Shown piece by piece: positions 38,107 to 51,254 of a stretch of 64,000 bases of DNA. Source of the DNA: Camelus dromedarius (lineage: Eukaryota). The DNA is taken from positions 7,254,001 through 7,318,000 of the forward strand of contig NC_087458.1 in assembly GCF_036321535.1 (NCBI RefSeq), in the 5' to 3' direction. The position numbers and the translations under genes were made by a program. Every line of letters starts with the position of its first letter. Positions within the stretch are counted from its first letter, which is position 1. The notes beneath the pieces are model-generated. The model made no database searches. It was given only the letters and a program-made list of their open reading frames with translations, and was not told the DNA's origin.

Positions 38107-38440
38107 CTAATTACCTTCCCGCCCCCCAAAAAATATTATGAAAAGATATACTGGTTTTCCTCAACTAGAGGAAAGGTCATGCGGAAGAAGAACAGCCATG
38201 TCTTCCATAGGGCTGCAAGGAACAGAATCAGACAGACAAATACTACAATATGCATTTTAGGTCTACGGGCCAAATATTCCTTACTCTCAGAGACAGAATG
38301 GACTCCAGCAGGGCTGTCACCTGCCTTGTCACAGAAGGTAAGTACAAGCTGGACAAATGCTAGTTAAGCAGATATAACATGGTTCCCAGCGTCAAAGGGC
38401 CTGCTGTACCAGTATGCTTCAAAAGTCTTCAAGTGGTTTT
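37714..38440 (+). mobile_element. L3/CR1 remnant interrupted by a SINE
   Basis: CTGCATCAAG..ACCACATCTGG..AAGGATATGGACAAAC..GTCATATGAAG resembles CR1 ORF2 3' sequence; right boundary uncertain. Confidence 0.5.
37940..38128 (+). mobile_element. tRNA-derived SINE (camelid Vic-1-like) with (AATC)9 and a duplicated tail
   Basis: A box TAGCTCAGTGG; degenerate B box; TSD AAAAAATGTTATG / AAAAAATATTATG. Confidence 0.8.
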
Positions 38441-38940
38441 CACATCTTAGTGTGCAAAAGAATGTACTGTTATGTTTTTAGCAATGCGCATTCCCTGGCC
38501 CTACCCACGGGTCCCGATTCCTAGGTTCCCGATTCCTAGGTTCGGGGTAAGCTCAAGCATGTGCATTTTTAATAAGCACTCCTGAAGGACCTCACACCAG
38601 GGGGATCTTGATGCAAGTGGTCCCTGGGACATAATTTGAAATATACTACTTTAAACACTCTGCCACATACCTCACAACATGAATAGAAAACCTGACCTCA
38701 CTCATCGCTCTCAACTATTCCAAATGGTTATCTACCTAGCACTTCCAGAAAGCAAATAAAATAAAAATAAACTATGTTAATGATTTCATACATTTTGTCT
38801 CTACATGTCTACTTGTCTTTTACAAATATTTCTTCAAGGAGGCAAACCCAGATCGTGATAAATCTTCCCTATATTTTTTTTCCTGGAATTAGATATTATT
38901 TACAAAGCTAAACAAACAATAAAGAAAAAACAACACCCAC

Positions 38941-38991
38941 CACTCCTTTTTCCACCACTTCCTTTAGTTTAGAGCGTGTCATTTTGGGCTC
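38941..38991 (-). CDS. GON4L: GON4L exon 6 (EPKMTRSKLKEVVEKGV)
   Basis: TAG acceptor; GTG|GTGGGT donor; 51 nt, phase 0-0. Confidence 0.93.
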
Positions 38992-39169
38992 CTAAGAGGG
39001 AAATATCAGAAGAAAACAGTCAATAAAAATATCGAGTGATTCTTGGGTTTTGCGATGCTAACCTTGCCCCCAACTGTCAAATTATTTACAAACTCCCAAG
39101 TGATCCCGCACACTTAGCCAGTTTCAGACAGCTCTGTTTCATGACATTAAAATAACAATAACTACTCAC

Positions 39170-39244
39170 AAACATGGGCATATCTTCTGTCTCGCTGATG
39201 GCTGCTTTCATCATAGCTACCACGTGTTCATTTGTAATTACTTC
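39170..39244 (-). CDS. GON4L: GON4L exon 5 ([25 protein letters not shown])
   Basis: TAG acceptor; TTT|GTGAGT donor; 75 nt, phase 0-0. Confidence 0.95.
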
Positions 39245-39880
39245 CTAGAGAAAGATGAAATTTCACTTAATCCAACAAAGATGCATCACCTAGATAATAC
39301 CCATCTTTCTCTAATCCTTGTAGACTTATGTAGAGGATAAATGAGAGCTAGATACTCATATGGCTTCAGATTAGGGTAAAGCAAGGCAACTGAAAGCAAA
39401 GAAGCTTCTTTGCTTTCAGTTGGAGAGAAGTACACAGCTTCAACCAATGTAGCAGCAAACAGACCAACCTTATTGGTGGCTACTAAGAACAGGAATGGCT
39501 CACATAAAAAGAGATTCTTAAGCAAAACGGTAATAAACAATAAAGCCTTTATAAACAGCCGCATTGCTACATATCAAAGAATATGTGCAAAGTAGTGTAA
39601 GCTGTTAAGTGCGCATCTTTTCAGACACATCAGCCCACAAAAGAGAAAATCCACAACAAACATTATCATCTTCAAATCTTCTAAACAATACAATAAACAA
39701 TCAAATCAGTGGAAGGAAGCAGAGTAACAGTTTATCTTCCCAATTAAGCTCTTTACCATGTTTTCAGATTTCAAACTTGTGCTGAGTTTAAAGAGAAAGC
39801 TGTCTTAAAATGTTAAGTATTTTGCCACAGGTAACTCACAAAATTAGTAATTCATACATCAAGAGTCAAGAATTTCCTAA

Positions 39881-40015
39881 GGGGGAGGGAATAGCTTAGT
39901 GGTAGAGCGCATGCTTAGCATGCATGAGTTAGCATGCATGAGGTCCTGGGTTCAATCCCCAATACCTCCTCTAAAAATAAAGAAATAAATCTAATTACCT
40001 CTCCCCTCCAAAAAA
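39881..40015 (+). mobile_element. tRNA-derived SINE (Vic-1-like) with an internal 14-bp tandem duplication
   Basis: A box; B box GGTTCAATCC; TTAGCATGCATGAG twice; TSD AAGAATTTCCT. Confidence 0.85.
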
Positions 40016-40084
40016 AGAATTTCCTGAATATTGGAAATGGAAAAAGTTCCATTCCAATTACACGGCTGCCCCAGCCTTACTCAC

Positions 40085-40278
40085 ATGAAGGATGTTTCGC
40101 ACGTTGACTGCTGTTAGGTTGTGCTGCTTGGCCCCGTCCTCTAAGGTGCGGTCAAGCACGTCATCCAGCTTCAGGTCACAAGCCAAAGTGCCTTCTTCCT
40201 GACCCCGTCCATCTCTTTTCCTCTTGGTACCCTTTTTCTTTTTCCGTCTTTTCTCATTTTCTTCACTGTCTTGCTCTT
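40085..40278 (-). CDS. GON4L: GON4L exon 4 ([23 protein letters not shown]...NVRNILH); basic NLS-like stretch
   Basis: CAG acceptor (tandem CAGAAG); CAT|GTGAGT donor; 194 nt, phase 1 to 0. Confidence 0.95.
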
Positions 40279-40470
40279 CTGCAAATAAACCGAGAACATC
40301 ACCAGAATCTGCACAAGCAACTGTTCCCGGAACTTAACCCAAAAAGCCAACAGTGAAAGAAAAACAAGTTGCCAGCTATCTGGCCCTGGAAGTCAAAGAA
40401 GACTCTGATATGACAGTGGTAGTAATGGTGGATGTGGTACCATTGTCAGAGTAGTAACACCTAACATCAC

Positions 40471-40705
40471 TGAATATTCATTTTAGGTCAGGCATTCCTC
40501 TATACGCTTTATAAATATTAATTCACCTACTCCTCATAACAACCCTATGAGGTAGGGACTATTATTTTTCCCATTGAACAAAGGAAGAAAATGAGGCAGA
40601 AAGATTAAGAAACTTGCCCAAGAGCTAGTAATGACAGAGCCATGTTTGGAAGCCACACACTCTAGCTCTAGAACCTGCTGTCTTACTTATTACTCTACAC
40701 TGCCC
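40471..40705 (-). mobile_element. MIR SINE; further probable MIRs at ~40715-40870, 51420-51590, 51625-51820, 53590-53800, 56990-57175, 58905-59075, 62535-62735 and 62885-63060
   Basis: MIR core motifs (CCTCAGTTTCCTCATCTGTAAAATG-like or its reverse complement). Confidence 0.65.
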
Positions 40706-41557
40706 AGATAATACATCAGAAACCCTGGGTCTGTGTCCCAGATTGACAAATTAACTGGGTAACCTTGGCAATAGAATCTTATTTTTTTCTTTGTAAAATA
40801 CGAATACCTGCCCATCAGGGATGTCATGCAGATTAAGTAAAATAATATATATCAAAATGCTTTACAACCAGTATTATACAAACATAATTTATCATTATTA
40901 TTAGACTATTCAGTCTAGAAAAGAGAAAAACAAGGGGCAAGCCAATAAAAATCCACTCTGAACCATACAAAAAAGGGGGGGCAGGGGAATGAAGTACCTC
41001 TATTCTACAAGAAAGGAGCACAGATATAACCAGACAAAAGGAAAAGCTTCTTAATTATAAGAATCTGGTAAGTCTTGAAGTAGATTATCATGCAACACCA
41101 AAATGAAGTTCTCATCTCTGACACTATTTGGTCTGCTATTGTCTGAAAACAAAGGATTAGAGAAGATTAACATCACAATGACCTTGGTTTAAAAAGACTT
41201 TATGACTTTCAACGTGCAGCCTGGCAGCATTTACTCAATGAAAAATTATTAGTAACTTTAAACAATTGCTTTTGCACTTGTGAACATATATCAAGAATTT
41301 GGTAAGTGTTTACAATTTTCAATCTAATAATTCTCCTTCTTAAGGAAATAAGTAGACATGTAAAGACCAATAACCAAGTTATTCATTTCAATATTAGTTT
41401 TTCTATTTTAACTGAAGTATAGTCGGTTCACAATGCATTAATTTCTGGTGTGTAGCATAGTGACTCAGTTATACATACATATTCCTTTTCATATTCTTTT
41501 TCATTATAGCCTACCATAAGGAACATTATTTTAGCAAAAATATGGAAAACACCTAAA

Positions 41558-42023
41558 TGTCTATCAAAAGAAGAAAAACACACAATCTAAAAGGTACAAG
41601 TTATGTTTTATTTAGGGACCTTACTGAGGACTATAAGCTGGGAGACAGCCTCTCAGATAGTTCTGAGGAACTGCTCCGAAGAGGTAAGGGAGAAGCCAGG
41701 ATATACAGAAGTTTTTGATGAAAAAAAAAAAAAGATCAGTGCAAATCACAAAAAAAATAGACATCTCAAGTTAATAATTTTAGTGCTTTTCTATGCATGG
41801 GAAGATGCAAGAGTCTGGGCTCACTGAAATTATTCCTCAGTTAATCATCTTAACTATCTAGGGCCAGTATCCTATTTTTCTCCATCCTGAATTCCCCTCA
41901 GGGCACACACACCAGAGGAGTCTACGTGGCTGATGGCTTGATGGCTACCAACATTCATTGTTTACTGGAATGGCAGGCAATATCTGCTGTTTACTGAAAG
42001 GGCAGGCAACACTTTTGTCCACG
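41558..42023. mobile_element. Probable solo LTR (ERV1-like) inserted into an L1 remnant
   Basis: ~465 bp starting TG and ending CCAC(G); resembles recalled cetartiodactyl ERV1 LTRs; internal ~30-bp duplication near one end. Confidence 0.55.
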
Positions 42024-42109
42024 TGGCCAATATGAAAGAATGGTTAAGTGAACACTAGTACATCCACACACTGGACTGTAACTGAGCCATTAAAAATTGT
42101 CTTTTTACA

Positions 42110-42200
42110 GGGGTGGATATAGCTCAATGCCAGAGTGTGTGCTTAGCATGCAGGAAGTCCTGGGTTCAATCCCCAGTACTTCCATTAAAAAAAAAAAGAA
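42110..42200 (+). mobile_element. tRNA-derived SINE (Vic-1-like)
   Basis: A and B boxes; A-rich tail. Confidence 0.8.
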
Positions 42201-42575
42201 AACACGTCAAAGACCTATCAATAAAGGCGAATTAAACTACAGAACATATATACAATGGAATGGGGGAAAATGTATTAAGAAAATGAAAAATAAAGCTATG
42301 AACATGTATAACTTTAAAAACTTAAGGCAATTTATTTAAGCAATTTGAGAGGGACAAATTAAAAATGTCTACAAAGAGTTTCTAAAGATATAGAAAAATG
42401 TTTGATAATGATTTTTAAGGAAAAAAAGGCAGAATTCAAACATACACATTTTACATTTATGGAACCTAAACAAAAATGTGCTGCCTTGAAGTATATCCCA
42501 ACAAAGTGATAGATGTAAAAGAAATATAAAACTCTAAAAAGTATCAGAAATTGATACAACATTGTAAACTGACTA

Positions 42576-42580
<5 letters not shown>

Positions 42581-42622
<42 letters not shown>
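42581..42622. repeat. (AT)21 microsatellite at the tail of a short L1 end
   Basis: Read directly from sequence. Confidence 0.9.
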
Positions 42623-42625
<3 letters not shown>

Positions 42626-43633
42626 CACAAAAAAACTCTAAGAAGTATCCAAAAAGAGATAAGGCCCTTTACTAATGGTCATTTGAGAAAGCAGCAAAAG
42701 GAGAATTATATAGCATAATACGTAACAAAGCTTTCTAAAAACCTTTGTATACATATCTTTTCCCGAAGTCTCTCTTCTCACCTCATTTACCCCTTTTCTC
42801 CATAAACTCCAAAACTCTTCTCTCTCTTCACCACTCTTGACTCTTCTCTTCACTCCTCCCTTCCCTCTTACATCCTTTCTCATGTAGAGCAATTTAGACA
42901 GTTCTTGGCTTCTGCCATTCACCTTTCCTTCCTCATCTTATCAGCACTTTAACAATGACCTGGTCCTTGCAGAGCAAGAAAAGGATTTCTGACACCTGAG
43001 GAAGTTCAGATTGAACATTATATTCAAATCCTATCATATGGTTAGTAACACTGTTAATTCCAAAACTGACCCTGGGGGGAAAAAAGTTCGAAAGACACAA
43101 GTTAAAACTATTAATACCATACTAGAAATAAAAAAGATTGTTATTAACTAAAAATTAACCTAAATAAATAAATAAAATCTTTACAAAATTTAGACCTATA
43201 AAAAGTAACCAAAATTCATAGAAATGAAGGCCAAAAAAGGAAATTTACAATGGAAGCAGCTAAAATTCATGAAGTTTTATACAGATAGTTGATAAGGAAT
43301 CAAATTGTCTTCTAAAACAGTGCTTTTCAAACTATCTGGGGCAAAAAACTAGTTTTGTTTTTGACCAATCCATTATAGACTCATATTTCTATAAAATAAG
43401 AATATAGCCATAATGTCAAATGTTACAACATTTTTAAAGTTTTACTCTCAGTTTCCCTGAATTATTTTGTTTCAAATCAGGAACAAACAGTTCTCAAACC
43501 AGCACTGGTTCTCAGGCCACACTCTCAGTAACACTGCTTTAAAATATACACTGAAAAACTTCAAAACAAATACAATAAAGACAAATACAAAAAATAATTT
43601 AAGAGAATTGTAAAGAAAACTTATAAAATTAAG

Positions 43634-43862
43634 ATGGGGGGTGGGAAGGGACAGACTGGGATTTCAAAATGTAGAATAGAAAAACAAGATTGTACTCTGT
43701 AGCACAGGGAAGTATATACAGGATCTTGTGGCAGCTCACAGAGAAAGAGAATGTGACAATGAATGTATGTATGTTCATGTATAACTGAAAAATTGTGCTC
43801 TACACTGGAATTTGACACAACATTGTAAAATGACTATAACTCAATAAAAAAATGTTAAAAAA
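43634..43862 (+). mobile_element. 5'-truncated lineage-specific L1 3' end
   Basis: Ends ACAACATTGTAAAATGACTATAACTCAATAAAAAAA (poly(A) signal plus tail). Confidence 0.75.
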
Positions 43863-44974
43863 TGGAAATAACAAAATTCACTGCAGAAAGTATCTTTTTC
43901 TGGAAAAATTATCAGAGGTAGCATAATTCCCATTTAGAATGGCTATCTTATAAACAAAGAATCAAAGTAATCACTGTGAGGTTAAATCATCCCATCTAAT
44001 TACATCCCCTGAAATCATATCACACATATTTCTCTTCTGATTTCTAATTTTACTGCTAAGCTTATTAGGGAATGTGTGTTATAAAGAAAATCTAACACAT
44101 TCTAATACACTGCACAGACAATGCAGAAAAGAACAGATAATTTTGAACTATTTCTTTCTCTGTTTTAGAATTAATCCTTCATCTTACTTTTAAAATATTG
44201 GGATACCACTGATCCTAAGAATTCTAAAGAGTTGAAATTAAAATATTAAAAAAAGGAAAGCACTCTATAAAAATCAGGCTAAAATAGATAAGAAAATTTA
44301 ATTTTTCCTTCCATGATTAAGATAGGAGGTAGCTAAGATACTCGCTGAGAAGTAGACTTAATGATTTAAGCACTAAAAGTAAAATATACTGTAAATGTAC
44401 TATAAAGTGGATGATGTCAGTAAAGATATAGGTGGGTTCTCTAATATCTAAATCACCAAAGTTGCTTTGATGTATGAAAACAGTTGCTTAACAGCCCTAT
44501 CAAAAACACACGAAGGACTTCTGGATCTGGCCACCGCAATGCATTTTTTATCAGATGAAACCTTTCTTCTTGTGACTGTGAAACTATACAAAACTATAAA
44601 ACTACATAAAAGCAGAATAAAATATATACAACAGTTTGAAAGCACTGTAGAACCACCTCTACAGAAGTGATAAGGAGCTGTGATCTTTCAGAAAAGCGAA
44701 GCACATAAGGAGAATCCAAGCTGAAAGCATCATTTTTTCTTGACTAAGAAGCCAGAGATTTGGAGCTACCAAAGCAGCTGAGATTGGGGGAAAAATTCTG
44801 CAGAGGAGGAAACAAAGGGAAAATGAGCCACAGAAGTCTCTGTTCAAACTTACGACTATGGTAAAAACTTTTTTTTTTTAAAACCTCGAGCAGGGAGTCA
44901 TGAGGTCTGCTGTGAATTGGGAGGGGCAGGAGAAAATGTCAAACATGAGTTTTATATCTCTTGCCATGGTTTTT

Positions 44975-45243
44975 TCTTTTTTTTTTTTTTAATTTAAGTG
45001 TAGTTGATTTACAATGTTAGTTTCAGGTATATATGCAACATACATATATAGTTTTTCTTTTCAGATTCTTTTCCATTATATGTTATTACAAGAAATTGAA
45101 TATAGGTCCCTGTGTTATACAATAGGTCCTTGTTCTTATATCTATTTTATATATAGTAATGTGCATCTGTTAATCCCAAACTCCTCATTTATCCCTCCCT
45201 CACCCTTTCCCCTTTGATAACCGTAGTTTGTTTTCATAGTCCG
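44975..45243 (-). mobile_element. 5'-truncated L1 3' end nested in older L1 sequence
   Basis: Same tail family as 13098-13325 and 31110-31318. Confidence 0.65.
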
Positions 45244-45655
45244 TGAAGGACTATGGTTAACCCTTAAGCTGTGCATGCATAGGACAAAACTCCAAGAAAC
45301 CCAGCAGGAGAGAGTCACAAGGGAGATCAAATGTAGAAATTTCTCACTCCACAGCAGTGGGAAGACAAAGGTAGTTCAAGTCGTGGAAAGGAGGCAAAGT
45401 CTTCATTAACAGCACAGCTTTTTTAGTAGTGTTGAAACCCAAGAGGAACCACTCACTAGAAATATAGGCCACAATCCAGAAGTAAATAGAAAGCTGAAAG
45501 AAACTAGCCTTAATATAGCATAAAACCAAAGCTTGGCAGAATTTAAGTGATCCCTCAAAATTATCTGCCTGCCAGAAGAAAACATAACCCTTTTCAGAGG
45601 AAGATAACAATACCAAAGCCTCTAGAATTTTTCATCCACAATGTCCAACATCCAA

Positions 45656-45743
45656 CGTCCTAGGTTCAGTCCCTAGTACCTTCTCTAAAAAATAAATAAA
45701 CCTAATTACCTCCCCTCCAAAAAAAAAAGAGAGAGAGAGTCAT
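45656..45743 (+). mobile_element. 5'-truncated Vic-1-like SINE
   Basis: B box and tail only; 16-bp TSD AATGTCCAACATCCAA. Confidence 0.8.
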
Positions 45744-45775
45744 AATGTCCAACATCCAATGAAAAATTAAAGCAT

Positions 45776-45902
45776 GGGGGGGAGGGTATAGCTCAGGTAG
45801 TAGAGTGCATGCTTAGCATGCACCAGGTCCTGGTTTCATTCCCCAGTATCTCCTCTAAAAATAAATAAATAAACCTAATTATCTCCCCCCCCAACAAAAA
45901 AA
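45776..45902 (+). mobile_element. Vic-1-like SINE
   Basis: A box, degenerate B box, and the family's CTAATTA..CCCCC..AAAA tail. Confidence 0.8.
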
Positions 45903-46535
45903 TTTAAAAATTAAAAGTTAAAAATAATAATAAAAAGAAGTGTTTATTCACTTGCCTGTGTTAAATTTCAAAATAAAAACGTATTTCAAAGAAAATTAAG
46001 GGAGGCCTAATCCTATGACCTGGCAATTCCACCCAACAAAAACTAAGCACATATGTTCACCAAGAGATCTACAGTAGAATGTTCACAGAATCCTACAACT
46101 GCAAACCATCCAAATGCTCAGTAAGAGCTGAATGAAAAAAGAAAATGTAGAATATTCAAACATAATACTATATATCAATGAAAATGAACAGTCTACAAGT
46201 ACATGCAACAATGTAGACCAATTTCATAAACATAATGTTGATCAGGAAAAGGCAATCTCAAAACATACATACATACGATTCCATTCACAGAAACTACAAA
46301 ACAGGTGAACTAACCTATGCTGCTAGAAGTCAGGATAGTGACTATGCATGGGTGGAGTGTTGGTATTTCTGGGTTCTGGTAATAATCTGTTTCTTGATCT
46401 GGTTGCTGGTAACATGGGTGTAATTCAATCTTTGAAAATTCAGTGAAATTGGATATCTTGGGATATGTGCAGTTTTCTGCACATTACACTTCAATAAAGA
46501 GGGGGTTTTTTAGGTTTAAAGAAAAGAAAGCCTAC

Positions 46536-46727
46536 CCATTGGAATAAAGAGTCCACCATCCTCTGTCTCTTCCTCAGTTTGGTGAGCTAGAGTCCTGAGG
46601 GGCTTTTCTTGATGAGACGCAAGGACATCTGGCTGGGATGATTTCCTAGGCTGGGCTGCTGGTTTTGTAGAGTGGCTGCCTGATGACAGTGAAGGCATCT
46701 CCCCTTCAGAATGCATTTGAGGTTTTC
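46536..46727 (-). CDS. GON4L: GON4L exon 3 ([17 protein letters not shown]...GGLFIPM)
   Basis: CAG acceptor; G|GTAGGC donor; 192 nt, phase 1-1. Confidence 0.95.
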
Positions 46728-49129
46728 CTGAAAGAACCACAAATATTGCTCCACACTCTGTCCATTCTCAATTATACTCCATTGTAAAAATTAGTATCTT
46801 GTTACAAAGTACTTTTTAGTTAGATAACTTCATTAATGATGCATATTTTACACAGGTATTCTTCTCTTTTAAAGACACTGTCCTAAGAAAAATACTGAAA
46901 TCAAAGCTCAGGTCCAATTTACTCGTCTGTAATGTCAGGGAAATGAACTAGGTAATTGCTAAGGTCTTTCTAGTTCTAATATGCTTTGAGTTATGCATTT
47001 TTTGCTATGGAAAAATCGTATCCATAATTGTAGGGGGGGTTATATTCCTGATTACTGAGGGATATTTTATAGATGACCAATGACATCACATTTAATCAAC
47101 TATAAATGATATATATTACAAAATGTCCTGAACTTCTGACTCTGCAAATCAATTCTACAGAGCACTAGCGTAAAAATTACCATAAAACTGTAAGTATATG
47201 GTTCTATAGTTCATTAGACAACTTTCTCCTTTCTCATCTCAACTCTTAATGAGTGCTATCTTTCTTTTTTGTAGGGGGGCATTAAAAAGACAAAGAAACA
47301 TTCATGTAATATTATCAAAAGTAAACATTAGAATCAAGTTGTCACAGGAAAAATACATATAGGCTTGTTTATACACAGAATAGATAAAGAGTAAATGCAA
47401 GGAATTGTTAAATAGTGATTGCTTCTGAGAAGAGAACTTGGGGAACAAGAGGACAAAGTAAAAAGATGCCTAACTTCCACTGTTTACTTTCTGTATTTAG
47501 GGATTTCCATGTTTGTGTATTACAGTCAAAAAAATTTTTTTCAAAAAGAGATCAAGTTATTTGTTCCTGAGCTCTTTTCAAAATAGATAGCCTTTATACT
47601 TTTTTGGACTGCTATTTAATCAGCATTAGCCAATTCAACTGGCATATAAATAAGATTTTAAATTGGAGGACCCTCCCCACCTCAACAAAGGAAAAAAGCC
47701 TTTATTTTCAACTAAAGTATGAATCAATCTTTAAATGTATTTACCCTCAATCTTACTTCTTTTACTTCTGGAGCCCACGATTACTTCACAATGTCAAAAG
47801 GTGATAGGCTTTGGCTTTAATAGGGACTGTAATAGGGACTGTTCAACAAAGAATTAAATCCTAAATCCATCAAATCAAAAGTTCCTCCCAGGCAAATTTC
47901 TTATAAGAGGGAGGAACATCAAACAATAGCACAGCAGAGCTTCCTCATTTAATCAACAATCTTTAATAGTTTTTAGAATTAATGTCTAACATTTAAAAGC
48001 TGAACTGACACAAACGATTTTTCTAAACAAACATATCTAAGCAAAATACAGAAGGTCAGTTTGGAAGGCAGAGTTTCCATTGATACTTTTACTACCTAAA
48101 ACATTTGGAACTACTCCAAAAAGTTTCTCTATATAGAGAAAATATTATTTTTCTTTGCATCCTTTTCTTTCTCTGACCCCATCACATTGCTTCTCCATTT
48201 AATTCCCCTCTCACAGAACCCCTTAGGATCCCACTCTTCCTTTCCTCTATCAATGTGCTAAATGCGAAAGGCTTTCGAAAGAGAAGTCAAGAAAGGTAAG
48301 AGATGGAGAAGGAAAAGCCTTATTCAGAGCTTATATGTTACTTGTTTACTGCCAGCCTAAGAACTATTCACTGATAAAATGAAAATAATTAGCTGAGAAC
48401 TATAAAAACTAACTAATTATAAGCTAAAAATCTGCCTAAGTTAATCATTTTTAAAAAGCAAAGAAAGGAAAAAAAGGCCTAATTAGAAATTAGGGTATGT
48501 AAATCAATTTTAAAAGAATAATTAAAACTCTGAGAATAAACACCAACACAGAGAAAGGTTTAATCATTAGCACCTACAGTCTAGAAATATGATTTAACAG
48601 TGTATATCTGTAGTAACACAATGCGGATACTTTTAAATGACCCAGATGTTTTTTTCTGGTCCCCGCTCCCATATAATCACGATCAAAAGACTAAAATGTT
48701 ACTTAAAAAAAAAGTAACAAAAAGAATATGCACTAAATTATAAAAGTAATTACTCTCAGTAATAAGATTATGGGTGATTTTATTTACTTCTTTCAACTTT
48801 TCAATATTTTCCAAAATACACATATATGAATTTTCAATATTCCTTCTTTCTTCCTTTCTGCTTTTCATGTTACATTTCTGTGTGGCAAAAAAAAAGAAAA
48901 GTTACTTGGGGGATAGACACTCATAATGTATTTCTTTTACTGGCATTACTTGAATATACAGCTAATTGAAGAACGAGGTAGAATAAACTTTCAATTATCC
49001 AGTTTAATGAGGGGTAGTAGTATCACAGATAATTCTAAAAAATAAATATTTACTTTATTTATCTACACTTGGATATTTGTAAATTGACTATTAAAAATAT
49101 CTCCAGATTCCACTCCTCAATAGCTGAGT

Positions 49130-50160
49130 GACTTTGAACCCCTACTTAACTATACATTCTTTCTCTAGCACTTTTAATCCTGCATTTTCCTCCAGTTCCT
49201 CCTGTCTTCATGTCACAAATACAATCGAGCTTAAAGAAAAAAAATTCAGTAATCTTGCTGCCCCTCTAGCTATTTCCCATTCTCCCACTGCACAAATTAT
49301 CACTGGTGCTTTCATCCCTCCCTCGGTAATTCCATCATTTAATTTCCTTTTCCCCAAAAAACTCTAAGTCTATTCCTGATCAACAACCTTCAAATGTAAT
49401 CTTTTCTCAGGCATCATTATATCTCCTTTGTCACTAAATTTTCAATAAAAGACCTATTCTTCAAACTGTCCTTCCTCCTTGATGTTCACTATCGCTTCTC
49501 CAGTTTCTCCTTGTCTATCATCTTCTTTCATGTTCCTTTCCATGAAGAAGAACCACAACCAACACTTCAAATAGTTCTTACCAAACTTCAATCTCATATT
49601 TCTGTTCTTCCTTGATGGCCCCAATGTCACCTCACTCCACATACCTAAGCTGAACTCATTTCAACCCCTCAAATACCTTCCCCATGGAGGCATGCTTCAC
49701 CATCCCCCACTCCAGATATCTTAAATGGTATCAGTCTGTGAGCAACAGTAGTTCTTTCTTTGTAATGTCTCTAAGATAGACCCTTTCTTCTCTATTCTTC
49801 CTGCCAACATCCTATACCAATACTTCATAAGGTCTCAAGGGCATAACAGCAAGGCTCGGTATAGTAATCTGGATCTATCCTTTCTCTCTGAAGCCCTGCT
49901 CCCCTCCCACACAAACACTATTCCACTTCCACTTCTTCACCCCAATCCATCAAATCCCATCAATTCCTCAAGTTCCAATTTCAAAAACCCTAATCACCTG
50001 TACCACATGCTCTAGCACTTACTCACATGCTGCCTTACACTGCTCCAAATGAATTATGTGTTTATGTCTTGTCTTTCCAATTAGACTATAACCTTTCTAA
50101 GGTTAGAATTATGCCTTCTGCTTATTTATTAATTGGTTATATTCTACAGGAAAAATTCAA
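49130..50160 (+). mobile_element. L2 LINE remnant; further probable L2 pieces at ~22850-23350, 31400-31850, 59400-59710 and 59960-60260
   Basis: Pyrimidine-rich degenerate L2-like sequence ending in TTAGACTATAA..TTTCTAAGG-type 3' motifs. Confidence 0.5.
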
Positions 50161-50749
50161 ACACTTAAGCATGAAAAATAAATTCCTTCACAGTCTAAAC
50201 CCAATCTACCACTCTGAAGTCATCTCTCACTGCCTCTTCCAAGCAACTATGTCACCATCCTCTTCTGCCTCTGTGCCTCTGCTCAGACTGTTCTTGGCCA
50301 AGATATCCCAGGCCACCATTCTGTCAAGCCACAACTCATTCCTCAAGTCCTATGGGCAAATTATGTGATCTCTGAAGAGCCTTACCAAATGTCACAGGCA
50401 ATAGTCTCTTCCTTTAAGCTGCTGCCCCTCCTCAAGCCCTTTATAAATGCCCACCAAATCACAAAGGGCCACACATAATTCATCCCTCCAGAAATGATGA
50501 AAAGTTAAGAGAAAGGAAAGAAAAGGATACAGAAGAGGACCTAGGAAACGGGAGTGGAGAAGAAAGTTGCTACCGATTCATAGAGTTCACTGAGGACCCT
50601 TACAAGAACCATAGCTCCAATTCCGTTCCAAATCAACATTCCCTTTCAGAAACACTGTTTTGTAAAGGCACTGCAGAGGATGCAATAACAACAGAAAAGG
50701 CAATGGTACTGACAAGGAAAATATAACCTAAAGACCTTCAATATCTTAC

Positions 50750-51254
50750 CTCCTTCTTCCTTGACTTCTTCGCTAGGCTCTCCTGAAAGAGGCTCCTTTG
50801 TGATAGGATGATCATCTCTGTCTTCTTGGGTAAATGGCCCAGGCCTGAGTATAATTTTCTTCCCTCTCCTTGAGCTAGTGGCCTGGAGTTTTCCTTTACC
50901 AATATGTATATTTAGGGGCTGGGAAGACTCCAAGGAAGGTAGGGTGATTCCCTGAGAGATGGCCAAATCAACAGCTTCTAAAACTGGTGCATTTGTGTCC
51001 TGGGTGAGCACACGAGAGTCTGAAGGTGGGTCCTCCACACCAAGCTGTTCTCCTGCATCCTGTACAGACTGTTCTTCAAGGCCAGCTGCTCTGCCATGAC
51101 TTGGAACCCAGGACAGTGACACTGACCCCAAGTCTTTAACGTGGTCCAATTCTGGCTTAACAGCTGACTCTAGGTCTAAGTCATCCTCCTCCTGGTTGCC
51201 CTGATGCTGGGGGGAGTCTGTCAGTGTAGTTCTTCTCTTTTTACAGGGCAACAT
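50750..51254 (-). CDS. GON4L: GON4L exon 2, coding part (MLPCKKRRTTLTDSPQHQG...EEVKEEG); exon begins at 51280 with 26 nt of 5'UTR
   Basis: ATG at 51254 with A at -3; CAG acceptor at 51281-51283; G|GTAAGA donor; 505 coding nt. Exons 2-23, with a 120-nt exon 9, sum to 4902 nt (1634 codons) in frame. Confidence 0.95.

Noticed and set aside
38512-38545. Small tandem duplications (15 bp at ~38512; 12 bp at ~47820)
   Set aside because: Typical replication slippage within or near old repeats; no functional signal.
596-51254. Calling the minus-strand gene YY1AP1
   Set aside because: It has the long GON4L N-terminus (MLPCKKRR...) and continues toward the PAH region. YY1AP1, as I recall it, is a partial primate duplicate lacking these parts.
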